Shown: positions 12,140-25,881 of the stretch, one piece after another
Numbering within the stretch: the first letter of the stretch is position 1
Layout of the letters: each line of letters opens with the position of its first letter
Source: Octopus bimaculoides
Lineage: Eukaryota
Assembly (NCBI RefSeq): GCF_001194135.2
Contig: NC_068981.1
Coordinates: forward strand, 162,620,481 to 162,684,480
Reading direction: 5' to 3'
Length of the DNA: 64,000 nt
Translations under genes and position numbers: made by a program
The notes under the pieces: model-generated
What the model was told of the DNA's origin: nothing
What the model saw: the letters and a program-made list of their open reading frames with translations, nothing else
The model's database searches: none

Positions 12140-12306
12140 GACATCTGGTACACTCTTTGGAGTGATTGACATTAGGAAGGGCATCCAGCCACAGAAACCA
12201 AGCCAAAATGAACTGGAGCCTGGTGCAACTCTCCAGTTTACCAGTTCAAGTCAAACCATCTAACCCATGCCAGCATGGAAAACAAACGCTAAATGATGAT
12301 GATGAT
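12140..12306 (+). mobile_element. LINE tail family T, degraded
   Basis: attaggaagggcatccagcc...aacccatgccagcatggaaa...taaatgatgatgatgat. Confidence 0.75.
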
Positions 12307-13149
12307 TATTATTCATCTTGGATTTTTATTATCCTTTGCATTCTCTCTTGTTTTTTTTTTTTATCGCTTCATAGAGTGTGAGTTGAGGAAAATTTGTCTT
12401 CAAATTTTTGAAGGTTGAATGATTACATATATGCTTCCTCATCTTGACTTAGGGTTTTGTCAAGATTGCTACCAATATTTCATGTTTCAAGTAATTAGTT
12501 TTTGCCTCATATCTCCAGAAATATTTTTATTCGTTTTGTTTCCATCTTATGAATTTAGTCTTCATATGACGAGAGGAAGGAGGGATGGAGATTACCATGG
12601 TTACTTCAGAATAGATTTAAAAACAATCTGGTATTGCCAGCAGTGGTGATTATTTCGCTGCTTGCTATGGAAGTTTGTTTAGGAAGGAAGGATTTCTGTT
12701 TATTAACTGGTGCTGTTAGTTTTAAATATTTAGCTGTAATTCTCTGATATCATCCCAGATTAATGTTAACATTTAATTAAAATATCATTTCCTGTGTTGA
12801 CAAAATATTGTTAGACCTATTCAAATAGATTTCACATAAATTGCTGACTTTATATGGTACAATGTTGACTGGAAGAAATTGTGAAATTTCTCACTCATTG
12901 TCACTGTCATTAAAGTACAGTGTACTTTGTTAAATTACTGTTTGCAAACAGAAATCTTATAAGCTAAGCTAGCAGCAGTTATTCTATTTGAAGTATATCA
13001 TGAACTCTATCCTGTGCATATAAACTAAGACTGAATTATCTGAAAATTTGTTTACAGCATTGTTTATTTAATGGTTTATTGTATTATTCATATGACAACA
13101 TTATTACTCACCCCTTCTAATCCCTGACCTATTCACTGTCACCACCATC

Positions 13150-13180
<31 letters not shown>

Positions 13181-14023
13181 TCTCTCTCTTATTGTCCCCA
13201 CCTGAGGCAGTTTTGTTTCCTCTCTAAAGCAAGACCCCTTTTTCTGCCCCTCAATACTACTCCTCATGCCACTATTCAGTTTAGGGGTCTTGTTTTGTTA
13301 TCCCTTGGTTTACATGGTAGATTAGTTTCACTTGTTACCATGTAACTTGAAATTGTGTAAATCAAAGGAAATGCAATTTTTAAAAATATATTATCAGCAA
13401 AAAACAAAAACCCACAAAATTTAAACACTGGTGGTGTTTATAGAATATTGTTTTAAGAAGCCAGTAGTTTCTGTATTATTATTATTATTAGCACTACATA
13501 GTGCCGATCAGCAAAAATAATTCAGGAAACATGTGGAAACATGTTGCAAGCAGCAAAACGCACTATATAAAAACTGATAATGAGTGTCTTGTTAACTGTC
13601 AGTGGTTGTCTTAAAACCTTAACATGAAGTTTGGAGTGGTATATTTTAAAAGCCAACAGAGGCTAATCAACTCTATTGGTGGTTGTATCTGATTAAGAAA
13701 AGTCATGCAATTATCTTAATTGAGTGTACTCGATTCAGGTGACTATTTATTGATTGGTTGGTTTATTTTCTCGTAATTAAATTCTTCAAAGTCTTTCATT
13801 CGCACATCTATACTATTCGATCATTGATGATTCTGTGAAATATATTTAGGTAACAACCTTCCACCCAACCAATTAGGGTCCTTTGCCATACGTTGTTTTT
13901 ATTTTTAAATAAACATTGAAACATTTACTGTTAATCAAATTACATTTTTCTTTTTTAATTACATGTCATGTTTATTTAAAACTAAGTGTGGACACACATG
14001 CAGTTAGTATTTGAAAGAAGAAT

Positions 14024-14437
14024 AGGTGCAGGTATGGTTGTGTGGTTGAGAAGCTTGCTTCCTAACCACGTGGTCTTGGGTTCAGTCCCATTGTGTGGCA
14101 TCTTGGGTGAGTACCTTCTTAGTGTAGCCTTGGGCTGACCAGGACTTTGTGAGTGGATTTAATTGGCAGAAACTGAAAGAATCCCATCTGTTTGTGTCTA
14201 CATAGTCCTGTCCTGACATCATGTGCTGGTCGTAAACAAACATCACCATCATGTAAGCTTTTTTATATTTTAGTCTTCTGTAGAAGGATATATCTGGCCA
14301 TGGGAAATGGTTCCTTGCTTGGAAACAAGTGAGGATTAACAATAGGAAGGGTGCCCAGGTGTAGAAAACCTGCTTTAACAAATTCTGTCTGACCTATGCA
14401 AACATGGAAAAGTGGACATTAAATGATGATGATGATG
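14024..14437 (+). mobile_element. Chimeric SINE family C (family A head plus LINE T tail)
   Basis: Head gggttcagtcccattgtgtggcatcttgggtg.., distinct middle ..ctggccatgggaaat..ggaaacaagtgagg, tail aggaagggtgcccagg..catgcaaacatggaaaagtggacattaaatgatgatg. Confidence 0.75.
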
Positions 14438-14669
14438 AATACAAAGCCATTTAACCCATGCATGGAAAACAGATATTAAATGATGATGATGTTTCCAGAA
14501 CTACAATACTCTAGATGCATACATGTCTTCTTCCTTTTTAAGATAGTACAATGTTAATAGAGATATTTGGTTACCATTTCTATTAATTCATGCAACCACA
14601 TAGAGGCATCCTTGTTATTTTGTATGTAAAGCGATACTGTTAGTGCTGCAAAGTATTAACTAGATGACT

Positions 14670-14893
14670 GATTTACAATTTTGTCATATTTCTGTTGACA
14701 TGCATTGCCTTTGTTTCAGTTAAGTTTGAAAATAATGAAAAATTTTGTTAAAATAGCATCATTATTAAGCTGGTGTTTGAAGCATAAACTTACATGGAAT
14801 TTTGATAGGTTTTGATTTGGTTCCCTTTAAAACAGGAAGTTTTTCTCATAGAACCAGGAGTAATCTTAGGCAGGTCAGTATCAAAATGGTTAA
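14670..14893 (-). mobile_element. piggyBac-type MITE family P2, degraded
   Basis: Ends ..ggtcagtatcaaaatggttaa; internal similarity to 47470-47691. Further decayed copies near 16670-16870 and 21418-21660. Confidence 0.55.
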
Positions 14894-15122
14894 CTCACAT
14901 GTGGCTCTTTTTATTTTTGTTTGCATTTTCATTTATATAAACATGGAAGAACCTTAGAGTAGTTATTTGTTTCTGTTTTGGAAAACTTGGTTGGCAACCA
15001 AGCTCCTAAAAAAGACTGCCGCTGCTTCTGGTAATTTTTTTTTTGTCTTATAATTCTGAAGTTTCATAGTTAGTGAGGGCAGTGAGAAATCCTTCCAGTG
15101 TATGCAGATGTTTAATCTAGAG

Positions 15123-15307
15123 CAGTGCTCTGCAGCCTTTTTTCACTTGTAGTACACTTATATTCTTTTCAAAATTCAGTGGCACACCTGAACTAAAAAT
15201 ATAACTAAAAGTCCAGGGAAAAGAATTATATTCATGTTACACTGCAGCATACCTAGCATCATTTTGTGGCACACCAGTGTGCTATGGCATACTGTTGCAG
15301 AGCACTG
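15123..15307. mobile_element. hAT (Charlie-type) MITE, complete
   Basis: 12-bp perfect TIR cagtgctctgca / tgcagagcactg; perfect 8-bp TSD ATCTAGAG at 15115-15122 and 15308-15315, matching the NTCTAGAN target typical of Charlie elements. Confidence 0.9.
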
Positions 15308-15454
15308 ATCTAGAGTCAGCTCTAATCGAGCAGATCTATGACCAAATGCATTCCAACCATATCTGCATCATCTTTTTAGGGGTATGTAAGGCTACATTAT
15401 CCAGTTTGTCCTTTTTAAAAACAGTGTACTGTTGTATACTATCTTATATAGTGA

Positions 15455-15720
15455 AGGCACATGGCCTAGTGATTGGGTGTTGCATTCATGATTGCAAGAT
15501 TGTGGTTTCAATTCCCTGCATTGTGTTCTTGAGCAAAAAAACACTTCAGTTCACATTGCTCTGACATCTGATACACCATGCACCTGTCCAGGCAATATCA
15601 ATCTGGAGGAGGTAAGTGAATGTACAGCAGAAACATTTGATCACTATAAACAAATCTTCTGTGCAGGTTATTCAGCAAGAAATTGCAGAATTCATCTGTT
15701 TTCTACAACAGTAAAGTCCA
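15455..15720 (+). mobile_element. SINE family D-like copy
   Basis: catggcctagtgattgggtgttgcattcatgattgcaagattgtggtttcaattccc head, then gtgttcttgagcaaaaaacacttcagttcacattgctc. Confidence 0.55.
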
Positions 15721-16269
15721 CCATGATACTGTTGTTTGGTTGTTTGAATGTTATACTGGCTCGTTAGTGTTTTGGTTGCTATTTCTAGCAGGTCAGTCAA
15801 CCAAATTGTCTTGTCATTCCAGTATAGTCTTCTCTGTAGTGATTTGATATCAGAACAAGTTACATATAAAATAAATGTACTTCTAAAACAGAAAGTAGTG
15901 CATCAGAAATGTTTAAAGGCTTAGATAGCATAACAACCAAAAATGTATACGAGAATAGTCTTTCAAATATAAATAAGCAAGAATTCTTTCTTTGTTGGGG
16001 TACATCATAAAAGCAAAATGTATTTATAGAATGTATGCATTAAAACTATTTATGAAGGCCACAGTTTGTAATTATAGTTTACTAAAAGTTCAGTTTCTAA
16101 CTGGATCATTTTTTTTTTTAAAGAACCTGTAGAAGTCTACTGGTTTTAAGACGTTAAGTGGATTTTTGTTGCAACTGACAGCAAAAAGGCAGATTGTAAG
16201 ATGATTGGGCTACACCATTAAGTACTTCTGAAAAATATAGACAGGTAAAGTAGAGGGGCCTGTAGCATC

Positions 16270-16570
16270 TAAAAGGAATGAAGTGTGGATTCATTGGATG
16301 TAGAATGTAAACTTATGGAATGTATTGATTTTGGATAATCAGCTAATGTATGCCAGTAAGAGACAACTGAGCTATTATGGACATGTAATGTGAATGGAAG
16401 GTGAGAGCTGGGTGAAAATGTACTGTCTACTGCTGACAGTGAAAGGTACCTGCAGCAGAGAGAGGATATGAGAAGTAGCAAGGTCAGCTCTCTGGACGTT
16501 GGGCATTGGAGACAAGATAGATGAAAATATTGAGAGAAGTGGTGACATGTAATAGAGTAGACTTCTCACT
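16270..16570 (+). mobile_element. Decayed RTE-type RT C-terminus
   Basis: YYGHVM*MEGESWVKM..VKGTCSR, resembling the conserved WYGHVxR...GxxxRGRP block. Confidence 0.6.
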
Positions 16571-18744
16571 ATCATCACTGCCACCCGCAATTCCTGCCAT
16601 TGTGTAAGAAATAAACATTAAAATGAGGATGATAGTGAAAAAAGAAGAGACACAACTCTTTTTCCCAAACTGCGATGAACTGCCTCTTGTTCTATTATAC
16701 AAATTTTGTGTTTTAAAGGCTTCTAAATTAAAGCCTAACAAGATTTCATGTTAATTTATGTTGTAAACATTAGCTTTATAACAACAAAGTTATTTTGCTA
16801 AATTTTTAATTATTTTCAAAATTAATTAAAATAAAGTCAGTATGCTTCTTCAGAAATGTTGTCGGAAAAGTGATAAGGAAAAGAAAGATGAAAGCATCAT
16901 AAGAGACTCAAGTTTCTGTTTCTAAGAATTATTAGCTTTTTTTTTCTTTCTTGTAATATTAAATAATTAGAATTAACATATTTTGTAGCTCAGTATCTGC
17001 TGTAAATCTGGATAGACATTAACTAAAGAAAACTTGGAGAGTAATTAATAACAGTAATTTGAGTCAACTTAAAGAGAATTGCAATCAACAGAGAAATTGT
17101 CTGATTATTACAACATAATATGATGGAGAGAACATGTATATGAAATAATCTTAACAATCATTGAATTACTGTCAAAATGATAAATATTTAAATATTCCCC
17201 CCCCCCCCCAAAAAAAAAACCTTCTGCAATTTCACTATTCATTTATTAGAAAAATAAATTTCCTCAGTTTTATTATGAGTTCAATTATTTTCAAATTAAA
17301 TGTTATTTCTGTTACTAATACTTTAGTTGGAGATGTTTGGAGTAGCTTTAAATGATGATTGTAAATTGGTTGTTGAGCTGGTTGTAGTTGCAATCAAATT
17401 AATCATATTTAATTATTAATAGAAACCTGTTGAGTGACAGGTCTATCAACTTTTCACTTCAATTGTCATATGGTTACAGTATTTGGACTATAGACTCATT
17501 AGTCTTATTGGCATCTGGGAAGTAGCTTTACTCAGTATGTATTAAGGAAATACTTAAAAACTTAATGTACTATGTATACATAGATTATGCAGTGGTTACA
17601 TGCACAGGGTGCAATGGAAATTCTGGTCGACTGATAGATAACCAGGACTTAAGAGGCATGTATGAAAATGGAATGTTTGAATTGCTCTGATGGTTCACTA
17701 GGAGTAGGAGATAATTTGTTTCTCAGGTGACTTAATGAGTGTTGAAGGTAGACGTAATGATAGACCAGAATGAGATGATTGATTGTGGCTGTTTGGTTGT
17801 GAATGATTTGGTATGGCTGACTTGTTTTGGCCCTGGAGGTAAACACACACACACACACTTACAGATGGACAGTGAGATATATATATAGAGAGAAACAATT
17901 TATTAATTGACCATGCGTGACTTAAATACTTTCCCTCTCCTCATACACTCAGAGAGAAATATGCTTACTCACATAAACAGAGAGAAGAGAGTTGGAAGAA
18001 CACGAGCATTAAAACATGTGATGTCAAATTAGTTGGTATCAAATCAGCAACACCAGATAGTCAATGCCAAAATGATTGTACCAAACATTTCTTACCTATG
18101 ATAGCTTGGTTGCAATTTAGAGAGCTGGTACCTATGTTGGTAACAACTTTCTCAATTTTTGTAAAAGGCAAATTGTATAAAGTTGATTAACATTAGGAGG
18201 TTTCTCATTCTTACTATGATATATTTTTTGAGAAAAATTTCTTTCTATCTTCAATCATAAAATGTTTTTTTTCTCACGAAAAGTTATGTCTATTACAAAT
18301 TATTTCCTCATTTTATTGAGATAATGTGTTTACTTTTATTTTTCAAATTTAATATTGAAGTACTATCATTTTGTCATACAGTTTTATATTTCAAAAAAAA
18401 AAAAAAAAAGATTTTATTTTGGTGGTGGAAATTTGTAGTTTTAAAGTTGCTACAGAAGTTCAAAGATCCCCAAATATTCAATAACGTATTTTGATAGGAC
18501 ACAAACGAATTTTTCTCTGAAACAATACATTGAATTCAAATCTAAGTAAAAATAATTTCACTGGCTGTACCCATGGAAATTCCAAGGTTATTTTTGAAAA
18601 CTGCAAGATGGTTGAANNNNNNNNNNTGGTTGAAATGTACAGAAAATCATGCAGTATGTGATTTCCTTTCAAATTGTAATTTTTACTGAAATATTTGATT
18701 CCATAGATGACGTACAAGTTCATATAGGTAGTATTAATGTTACA

Positions 18745-19062
18745 GTGTTAGTGGGATGCTGGGGTTGGAGGAATCGGTGGAACAGCTGGTAAGGGCTGAT
18801 GGAGTGCGGTGGTATGGATATGTGTTGAAGAGGGATGAGGATCATGTTCTGAGGAGAGTGCTTGAGTTTAAAGTGAATGAACCGTGAAAGCAAGGTCAAC
18901 CAAAGAAAACATGGAGCGGACAGGTGGAGGAGGAGATTGGGAGGGTTGGCTTGTGGAGGGAGGATGCCCAAAACCAGGTGAGATGGTATGAGAGTGAGGT
19001 AGATCCAGCCACCCACTCACCATTAACGGGGACAAACCTGGATTTAAAATATTGGGATTCAG
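18745..19062 (+). mobile_element. RTE-type LINE 3' end (second family)
   Basis: MLGLEESVEQLVRADGVRWYGYVLKRDEDHVLRRVLEF...QPKKTW; 3' UTR ccattaacggggacaaacctggatttaaaatattgg. Confidence 0.8.
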
Positions 19063-19590
19063 TCTTAGTGGAGAACATCTTTGGAAGCTGTATTCTTTGT
19101 TATACACTTGTTAACTCTTCTAACTTAGGTATTGTTATCCATTATTCTTCACTTTACATCAAGAACTAATCAATTTAAACTATAGATTGAAATCAAGCAC
19201 ATTAACTATATTATTTTGCTACTGTATGATTATGTTCGTAAAGCTTTGATAAATCCTAATATTGTGTTATGTCGTATTTTCATAATCGAGAAAAAAAGTT
19301 CACATTGGTTAATCCACATTTGCATGAGCTGTGGATTCTAAAAAACATAGAAGCACGAATATGGGTGTATGTTTAAAAAGTTCCTTTCATTATGATGTGA
19401 TTTTGGATTCAGCTTCATTGTGTAGAATATCTTGGTCAAGTTTCTTCTGTTATGGCTTCGAGTTTATTAATGCCTTGAGTGAAATTTAGTAGACAGAAAC
19501 TGTATTGAAGCCACACTCTCTCACACACACACACATTCATGTACACCCATGGGCTTATATTTATGCTGCTTAAAAGTGGTTATGTTATTT

Positions 19591-19965
19591 ATGTGTGTGG
19601 CAAGAAGCTTGCTTCCCAATCACTTGATTCCAGGTTCAGTCCCATTGAGTAGCACTTTGGGCAAGTGTCTTCTACTATAGGCTCTGGCTGACCAAAGACT
19701 TGTGAGTGGATTTGATAGACGGAAACTGAAAGAAGCCAGTCATATATATTTATGTGTGTCTGTGTTTGTCCCTCTGTCATCGCTTGACAACTGATGCTGG
19801 TTTGTTTATGCCCCCATGACTTAGCAGTTTGGCAAATAAGACCAATAGAATAAGTTCTAGATTTATAAAGAATAAGTCCTGGGGTCAATTTCTTCAACAA
19901 AAAACTCTTTAAGGTGGTGGCTCCAGCATGGCCACTGTCAAATGACTGAAACAAATAAAAAGAAA
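19591..19965 (+). mobile_element. SINE family A
   Basis: Head caggttcagtccc..ttgggcaagtgtcttctactatagg through tail aatgactgaaacaaataaaa. Confidence 0.85.
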
Positions 19966-20574
19966 AAAAAAACATAGCACTTCAACAAAATCACAATAGT
20001 TGATATGCTCAACTAATTCATTGAAAGCAGTGTCCCACTATGGCTGCAATCCAGTAACCAGTGAAAGAATGTATAAGCCAAACTTAATTTAAAATATTTG
20101 TTTATCAGTTGATTGTCTCACAAATAGTATAACTGTTATATTTCTAATAGATTATGCCTTTGATTTCATTCCAGAGTTTATCAGTTGTCTTCTTATGGAT
20201 AATGTAAATTTTATGTTGATTTTGTTTCTCTAGTTAAAGCAGACAGACAAATATGAAAAGTTTGGTTTAGCCGACAACTGTATTAAAGTATATTAATTGA
20301 CTGACATTAAAAACAATTAGTTCAATAAAGGAGAACTACACTATACACTGCTCCCATCTTCATCAACCAGTATCCCTGCAGATGACATCACCACTGCCAC
20401 TACTGTAACAGCTACCACAGTTCTCAGTATGTCACATGTGTGCAATGTTCTCTCTCTCTCTTGCCTCTCATTACTACCGTGTTCCCTCTATGCAACACAC
20501 TTCTCTCTCTCTCTCCTTTCGACCAAATTTTTAGCCACATAATAGTGTTCAATTTCTACCTCTCACTGCTGTTG

Positions 20575-20797
20575 CATCATCATCATCATCATCATCGTTT
20601 AACATCCGCTTTCCATGCTAGCATGGGTTGGACGATTTGACTGAGGACTGGTGAAACCGGGTGGCAACACCAGGCTCTAATCTGATTTGGCAGAGTTTCT
20701 ACAGCTGGATGCCCTTCTTAACGCCAACCACTCCGAGAGTGTAGTGGGTGCTTTTACGTGCCACCGGCACAAGGGCCTGTCCATCGGCACTGGCAAC
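20575..20797 (-). mobile_element. LINE tail family T
   Basis: (CAT)n cgtttaacatccgctttccatgctagc...gccaccggcac. Confidence 0.85.
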
Positions 20798-21066
20798 CTC
20801 TCCATTAAACAACATTCGTTTTCTCTCTTTTATTTTTGGTCTCCTTTCAACAAACCGATTCACTACCTCACATACATAGCTAAATTAGCAGATTAATATC
20901 ACAGATACTTGTTACAGGCCGAAAACAGAATAATGGGGTTTATTTGAATTTAGAGTAAATTATGCAAACATTAAATTTCTGTATAAGAATTCAATAATTC
21001 CTTGATTGTGGCATTCTTTGTAAAGATACTTGATTATGTGTTTGTCTTAAATGATTTATAAAATAA

Positions 21067-21110
<44 letters not shown>

Positions 21111-21714
21111 TGAAAATAAAGCAAGTATCTGTAACCCTGAGTAACAACTTGATTTAATGTAAAATTGATCATCTTTGAAATTGTCTTTGATTTTAACAGA
21201 CTTAAGATCAAAGCCATTCTACAGCCAAGAGCATCCTGTCTCTTTTTTTTTCTATATGTACTATATCTTGGACTGCATTATTCTATAAGTTCTTCCTGTG
21301 TGATCCAATGTTAGTGAGAGGGTTTTGATTACAATCTATAAATACCTTTATTGGTTAAATCTGCTTCTTTATTTTCTTATTCTGAAAATGATATCTTCAT
21401 TTAATTTGCCCAAATCATTTAACTATTTTGATACCAACTCACTTGAAAATGCCAATCATTCTTTGATGTAAAAGATCTTGTTTTAAACTGGTTCATATAT
21501 AAGTAGAACCCTCCATCATAGTCTTTATGTCAGTACCTTTTGATAAATTGCATTGCCAACATCATCTTACTTTACTGATACTCCTAACTTTTAAATATCT
21601 TCAAAACAAATTGAAACTCAAGTAGTGTATTTTGTTAAAAATTTGGTTACAAAGATTTTTAGGTATGTGTGTACTGTATGCGTGTACTGCATAAACGCAC
21701 CCATGCCAATGACA

Positions 21715-21890
21715 TGTAAACAGCACCTAGCACAATGCTAAGTGGTTGGCATTAGGAAGGGCATTCAGCCATAGAAACCATGCCTCAACAGGCAGTTGGA
21801 GTCTGGACAGCTCCCTGCTGGCCAGCAGCATGTCAGACTGTCCAACCCATGCCAGCATGGAAAGTGGACATTAAAATATGATGATGATGA
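21715..21890 (+). mobile_element. LINE tail family T, degraded
   Basis: gtggttggcattaggaagggcattcagcc...ccatgccagcatggaaagtggacattaaaatatgatgatg. Confidence 0.75.
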
Positions 21891-21908
21891 TATATATTGT
21901 ATATCCTT

Positions 21909-22305
21909 ATAATCATTTAACATCTACTTTCCTGACATGGATCAGTTGGAATTTGTTGATGCTAATTTTCTATGGCTGGATACCCTTCCTGTCACCAACC
22001 TTCACCAAGCATGGTAATATTTCCCCATGGCCAGACATGCTTTCCTTGGAGAACTGGAAATTAACATCACCACTTGTTTGACAGTGATGCTTGTTTACAA
22101 TCATCACATGATGACAAGACAAGAGTACACACTCACGCATGATGGGCAGGCTTCTTTCAGTTTCATTTTACTAAATCCATTATTCACAAGACTGGTCAAC
22201 TTGGAACTATAGTAGAAAATGTTTGCGCAAGTTGCCATGTAGTTGGACTGAACCCAAGAACATATGGTTGAGAAGCAAGCTTCTTAATGATACAGCTATG
22301 TGCAC
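21909..22305 (-). mobile_element. Chimeric SINE family C
   Basis: Reverse complement of the 14024-14437 architecture. Confidence 0.7.
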
Positions 22306-22611
22306 GCACACACACACACACAAGCTTTATCATTTGAATTTAAAATAAGGCTGTTTGGATTGTTTAACTTCAATTATTTGTGTTTATTTAATCATTTATG
22401 ACTCAAAATGAACAGAAAAGGAATTTTTTTACTCTTAAATTATTTAATTTTAAGCATAAAAAATTTAAAGCTTGTGTGCTTAAACTGATGCAGTTTACTA
22501 AGAGTATCGATAATACCACAAAAACAAATCTCAATTTAAGAACATTTAAAGCATATCATTGGTTGAGAAGAATGAAGTCATATAGTACTAATATTTGGTT
22601 GAGTATTAGGC

Positions 22612-22815
22612 AGCAAGCAGGCAAAATCATTAGCATGCAGGACAAAATGCTTAATGATATTTTGTTTGTCTTTACTTTGTGAGTTCAGATTTCGCTGAGG
22701 GTGACTTTGCCTTTCATCCTTTTGGGGTTAATAAAATAAGGACAAGTCAAACACTGGGGTTGATGTAATTGACTTGTCCCCTCCCTTGAAATTGCTGGTC
22801 TTGTACCAATGTTTG
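22612..22815 (+). mobile_element. SINE family B, degraded
   Basis: gagttcagatttcgctgagggtgactttgcctttcatccttttggggttaataaaataagg. Confidence 0.75.
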
Positions 22816-23790
22816 GTTGGGTACTCAAAATAGCTCAAAATGGAATCACATCTACAAGGCATTGTATCTATAAGTATGAAAATATGTTGATCATGTAGAA
22901 TTTCTTCCTATTTTTTTTTTATTACATAATCATATAATGATGCAATTCAGTCAATCTTCTGGATTTTCTGTATTGAATATTCTTGTCAATCTATTTCTTA
23001 AAGACTTCTATTTGATTTAAATCCCAGGAGTGTACCGTATTTTGTTACTTTTGATGAATTTCTTCATTATTCTTGCAGCATGCTTCAGGTATTTGTCATA
23101 CTTTCCACAATTAGCCCAAATAACTTCTGACATGTGGAAGCATAGTGTTTTCCAAGATCTTTAGATAGGCAGTACTATTCTTGATATGCTTAATTTGGTG
23201 TATGGAACCAACACTCCTTTCCAGACAGGTTGCCTCAAGCTATAACATTACCACCACAATGTTTATGGTGAAATTCTTTTACATAACATTGAACATTCAG
23301 CCATCAGAGACAAATTGAATTTGTACTCCTCCAGCCACAAGATTCTGTTTTTTACCAGTTTAGTGACTCCCAATTCATTTTGCTCTTGGGTAAACTGAAT
23401 ATGGGTACATAGGTTTTTCAGAGTAACATACAGTATTTAATGTGCAACACTTTCCACAAACCCAAACAGTTTTTGTTGATTTTTAATAGTAGTGACACTA
23501 ATCTGCATGTACATATTTCTATCAAACTTTGTTTAAAATAACAGCAGCAGTCGTTTTCCTGTTATTCATCAACAAACAGTGAATGCATCGATTCGTCCTT
23601 TCAGTTACTTATTTTTTGCAGCTGCCTTGTTTGAGTATGGTCAGAATAGTTACAAGTGAGCAGCAGCAGTTGCTGAGCTTCCAGTTTCAGCAACTATAGC
23701 TTGAAAATTCCAATTCAGCTTATGTTGTTAGGCAATTCTTGATTGCATCTCCAATGATAAGCTCTTATTGTTTATTTTTAATAACAGATG
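22806..23790 (-). pseudogene. Tc1-family DDE transposase relic
   Basis: Minus-strand fragments in the expected order: KHCGGNVIA*G, VGSIHQIKHIKNSTAYLKILENTMLP, YDKYLKHAARIMKKF, WDLNQIEV, DTMPCRCDSILSYFEYPTKH. These correspond to Tc1 KHGGGSVMVWG, QDNDPKH, SPDLNPIE and SMPRRC..TKY. Multiple stops and frameshifts. Confidence 0.75.
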
Positions 23791-24872
23791 TTAGGATAAT
23801 ATGTATTCTAATAGTTATTAATAGCTTGTCTTTTTTAGATAGATTATAATTTCAAATGTTGAAATTAGATTAATATTTTCTAAAATGTTCTTAATTTAAA
23901 TGATGTCTTTGTTAATACTGTCAAATAATTGCATTATTTGTATATTTAAAAGAGTAAAAAATATTCTCTTTTCTTTACGTATAGTTGGAATCATGATTAA
24001 ATAAATAGAAATAATTAACATTTAATCATCCATATGTTCCTGTCTGTGAACTAAATGATGCAGTTGTATGTATGTGGGTCTGTGTATGTGTATGTATTTT
24101 TTTAGAGATTCACTTAAAGAATAAATGTTGAAATACATTTTTATATTTAATCTATGTCTGCTGATGAAATGGAAGAGAACCAAGTGGAAGCACCCAGTGG
24201 GTACTGTTTTATAATATAGTTTTGTTAAAACTATGCCACTAGTGCCAAGAAGGCAGTTAACCATAAACCATTTCATTGTAAATGTTTCTACAGATATTTG
24301 CCAAGATGCCAACCTATGTCAATATATATATATATAAAAAAATAAGAAAACAATTGAAGTTTGTATTCCAATTATGCTATAAATTATAATACTTGAATAC
24401 AATGTATTTCTAACAGATTTACAGAAATTTGATAAACTGCAGTGTTGTATATAGCGAGAAATATGTAATGAATTTGACTTGTACCAATAATCGTATCAAT
24501 AATTTCATCTTTTAAGAGTTATTTATTATTCATTCAGGTGTGTTACTACTACTGCTGCCTTTACCACCACCACCACCACTGCTATTACTATTACATGGAG
24601 TGATTTGTAATATCATTTTATGATGTGACTTTGCCTTTGACTTTCTGTTTGACATAACTCTTCATCTTTTTTGGTTGAATAAAATACATAACAAGTCACG
24701 TTCTGATGTCAGTCTATTCAAGTGACTTAACGTGAGAAAATAAAGTGGTGCAACAATAAATACATGGCTGCTTTTAAAGTCATTAATATATGGTTCTTGA
24801 ATCTAAATTATGTGCCATTGTCATCTTTATTTTATATTTTGCTGGGTTTGATTAAATAAGTATAAGCAGTGA

Positions 24873-25015
24873 CTGTTGTTTAGCCCCAGGTTAGCCTCGA
24901 TTAAGCAGACACAATCAAAGGCATTCTGACCATGTCTATTCCTTTTCCCCTCGCACTGTGTGTCTAGGACTACATAATCCAATATGTCATATCTTTTTTA
25001 AAGACAGTAGGATAC
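24873..25015 (+). repeat. Unclassified dispersed repeat family E
   Basis: ttgtttagccccaggttagcc..agcagac..atcaaaggcattc..ctaggactacat..aagacagtagg. Related copies near 2825-2945, 11805-11960, 15315-15420, 46845-46945, 61160-61240 and 61400-61620, and reverse copies near 34770-34965 and 55555-55675. Confidence 0.65.
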
Positions 25016-25221
25016 AATAAAAGCAGTGGATTGATGGAATTGTTAGAACAGTGGACAAAGTGCCTTGTGGTATTTGTCCCTATTTTGAGTTTTCTTATGA
25101 TGACACCAGTGTCAATCTATGTCAAATTTTCCTTTTGAGATTGGTGTGATGGAGGGTGGAGACTCGCATGAGTGCTTTATGTGAGACTCTCTTGATGGGT
25201 TGTAATTAATGTTAATGTCTT

Positions 25222-25605
25222 TTACTTGTTTCAGTCATCAGACTGCAGCCATGCTGGAGCATCTCCTTGTAGAAATTTTAGTTCAGTGAATCTACCCCAT
25301 GACTTACTTTTTTAAACCTAGTACTTATTATTATTATTCATCTCTTGCTGAACTGCTAAGTTACTGGGACGTAAACACACCAACACTGGCTGTCGAGCAG
25401 TGGTGGGGAACAAACACAGACACAAAGACACACATATATACAATGGGCTTCTTCCAGCTTCTGTCTGCTGAATCCTCTAGCAAGGTTTTAGTCGACCCAA
25501 GGCTATAATAGAAAGCATTTACCTGTGGTGCCATGCAGTGGGACTGAACCCCAAACCATGTGGTTGGGAAGCAAATTTCTTACCATACAACTACTCCTAC
25601 ACCTG
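25222..25605 (-). mobile_element. SINE family A
   Basis: tttacttgtttcagtca..ccatgctggagc ... gccatgcagtgggactgaacc..ccatgtggttgg. Confidence 0.85.
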
Positions 25606-25734
25606 TATACTAAGATTTATTCATTAGATCATATCTACAGTTTCCAAAAAATTTGTGAAGTTGTGCCAGAATGAAAGATTTTTGTTAAGAATGGTAGAAA
25701 GTACAAAATATCTGGCAGCATTTAGTTACATTGG

Positions 25735-25828
25735 GAGTTCAGTTTCTGCAGAAGTTGACTTTTCATGTTCTGGGATTGATGTAATTGACTTGGCCCCCTT
25801 CCTTTAAAATTGCTGGCCTTAGTAGTAA

Positions 25829-25881
<53 letters not shown>

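Noticed and set aside
12559-12747. Stop-free stretch SSYDERKEGWRLPWLLQNRF... after tttag
   Set aside because: No good donor site and no recognisable homology; this length is expected by chance.
21068-21107. 40-nt poly(A) as a retrocopy tail
   Set aside because: No AATAAA, TSD or coding sequence upstream; treated as a homopolymer.
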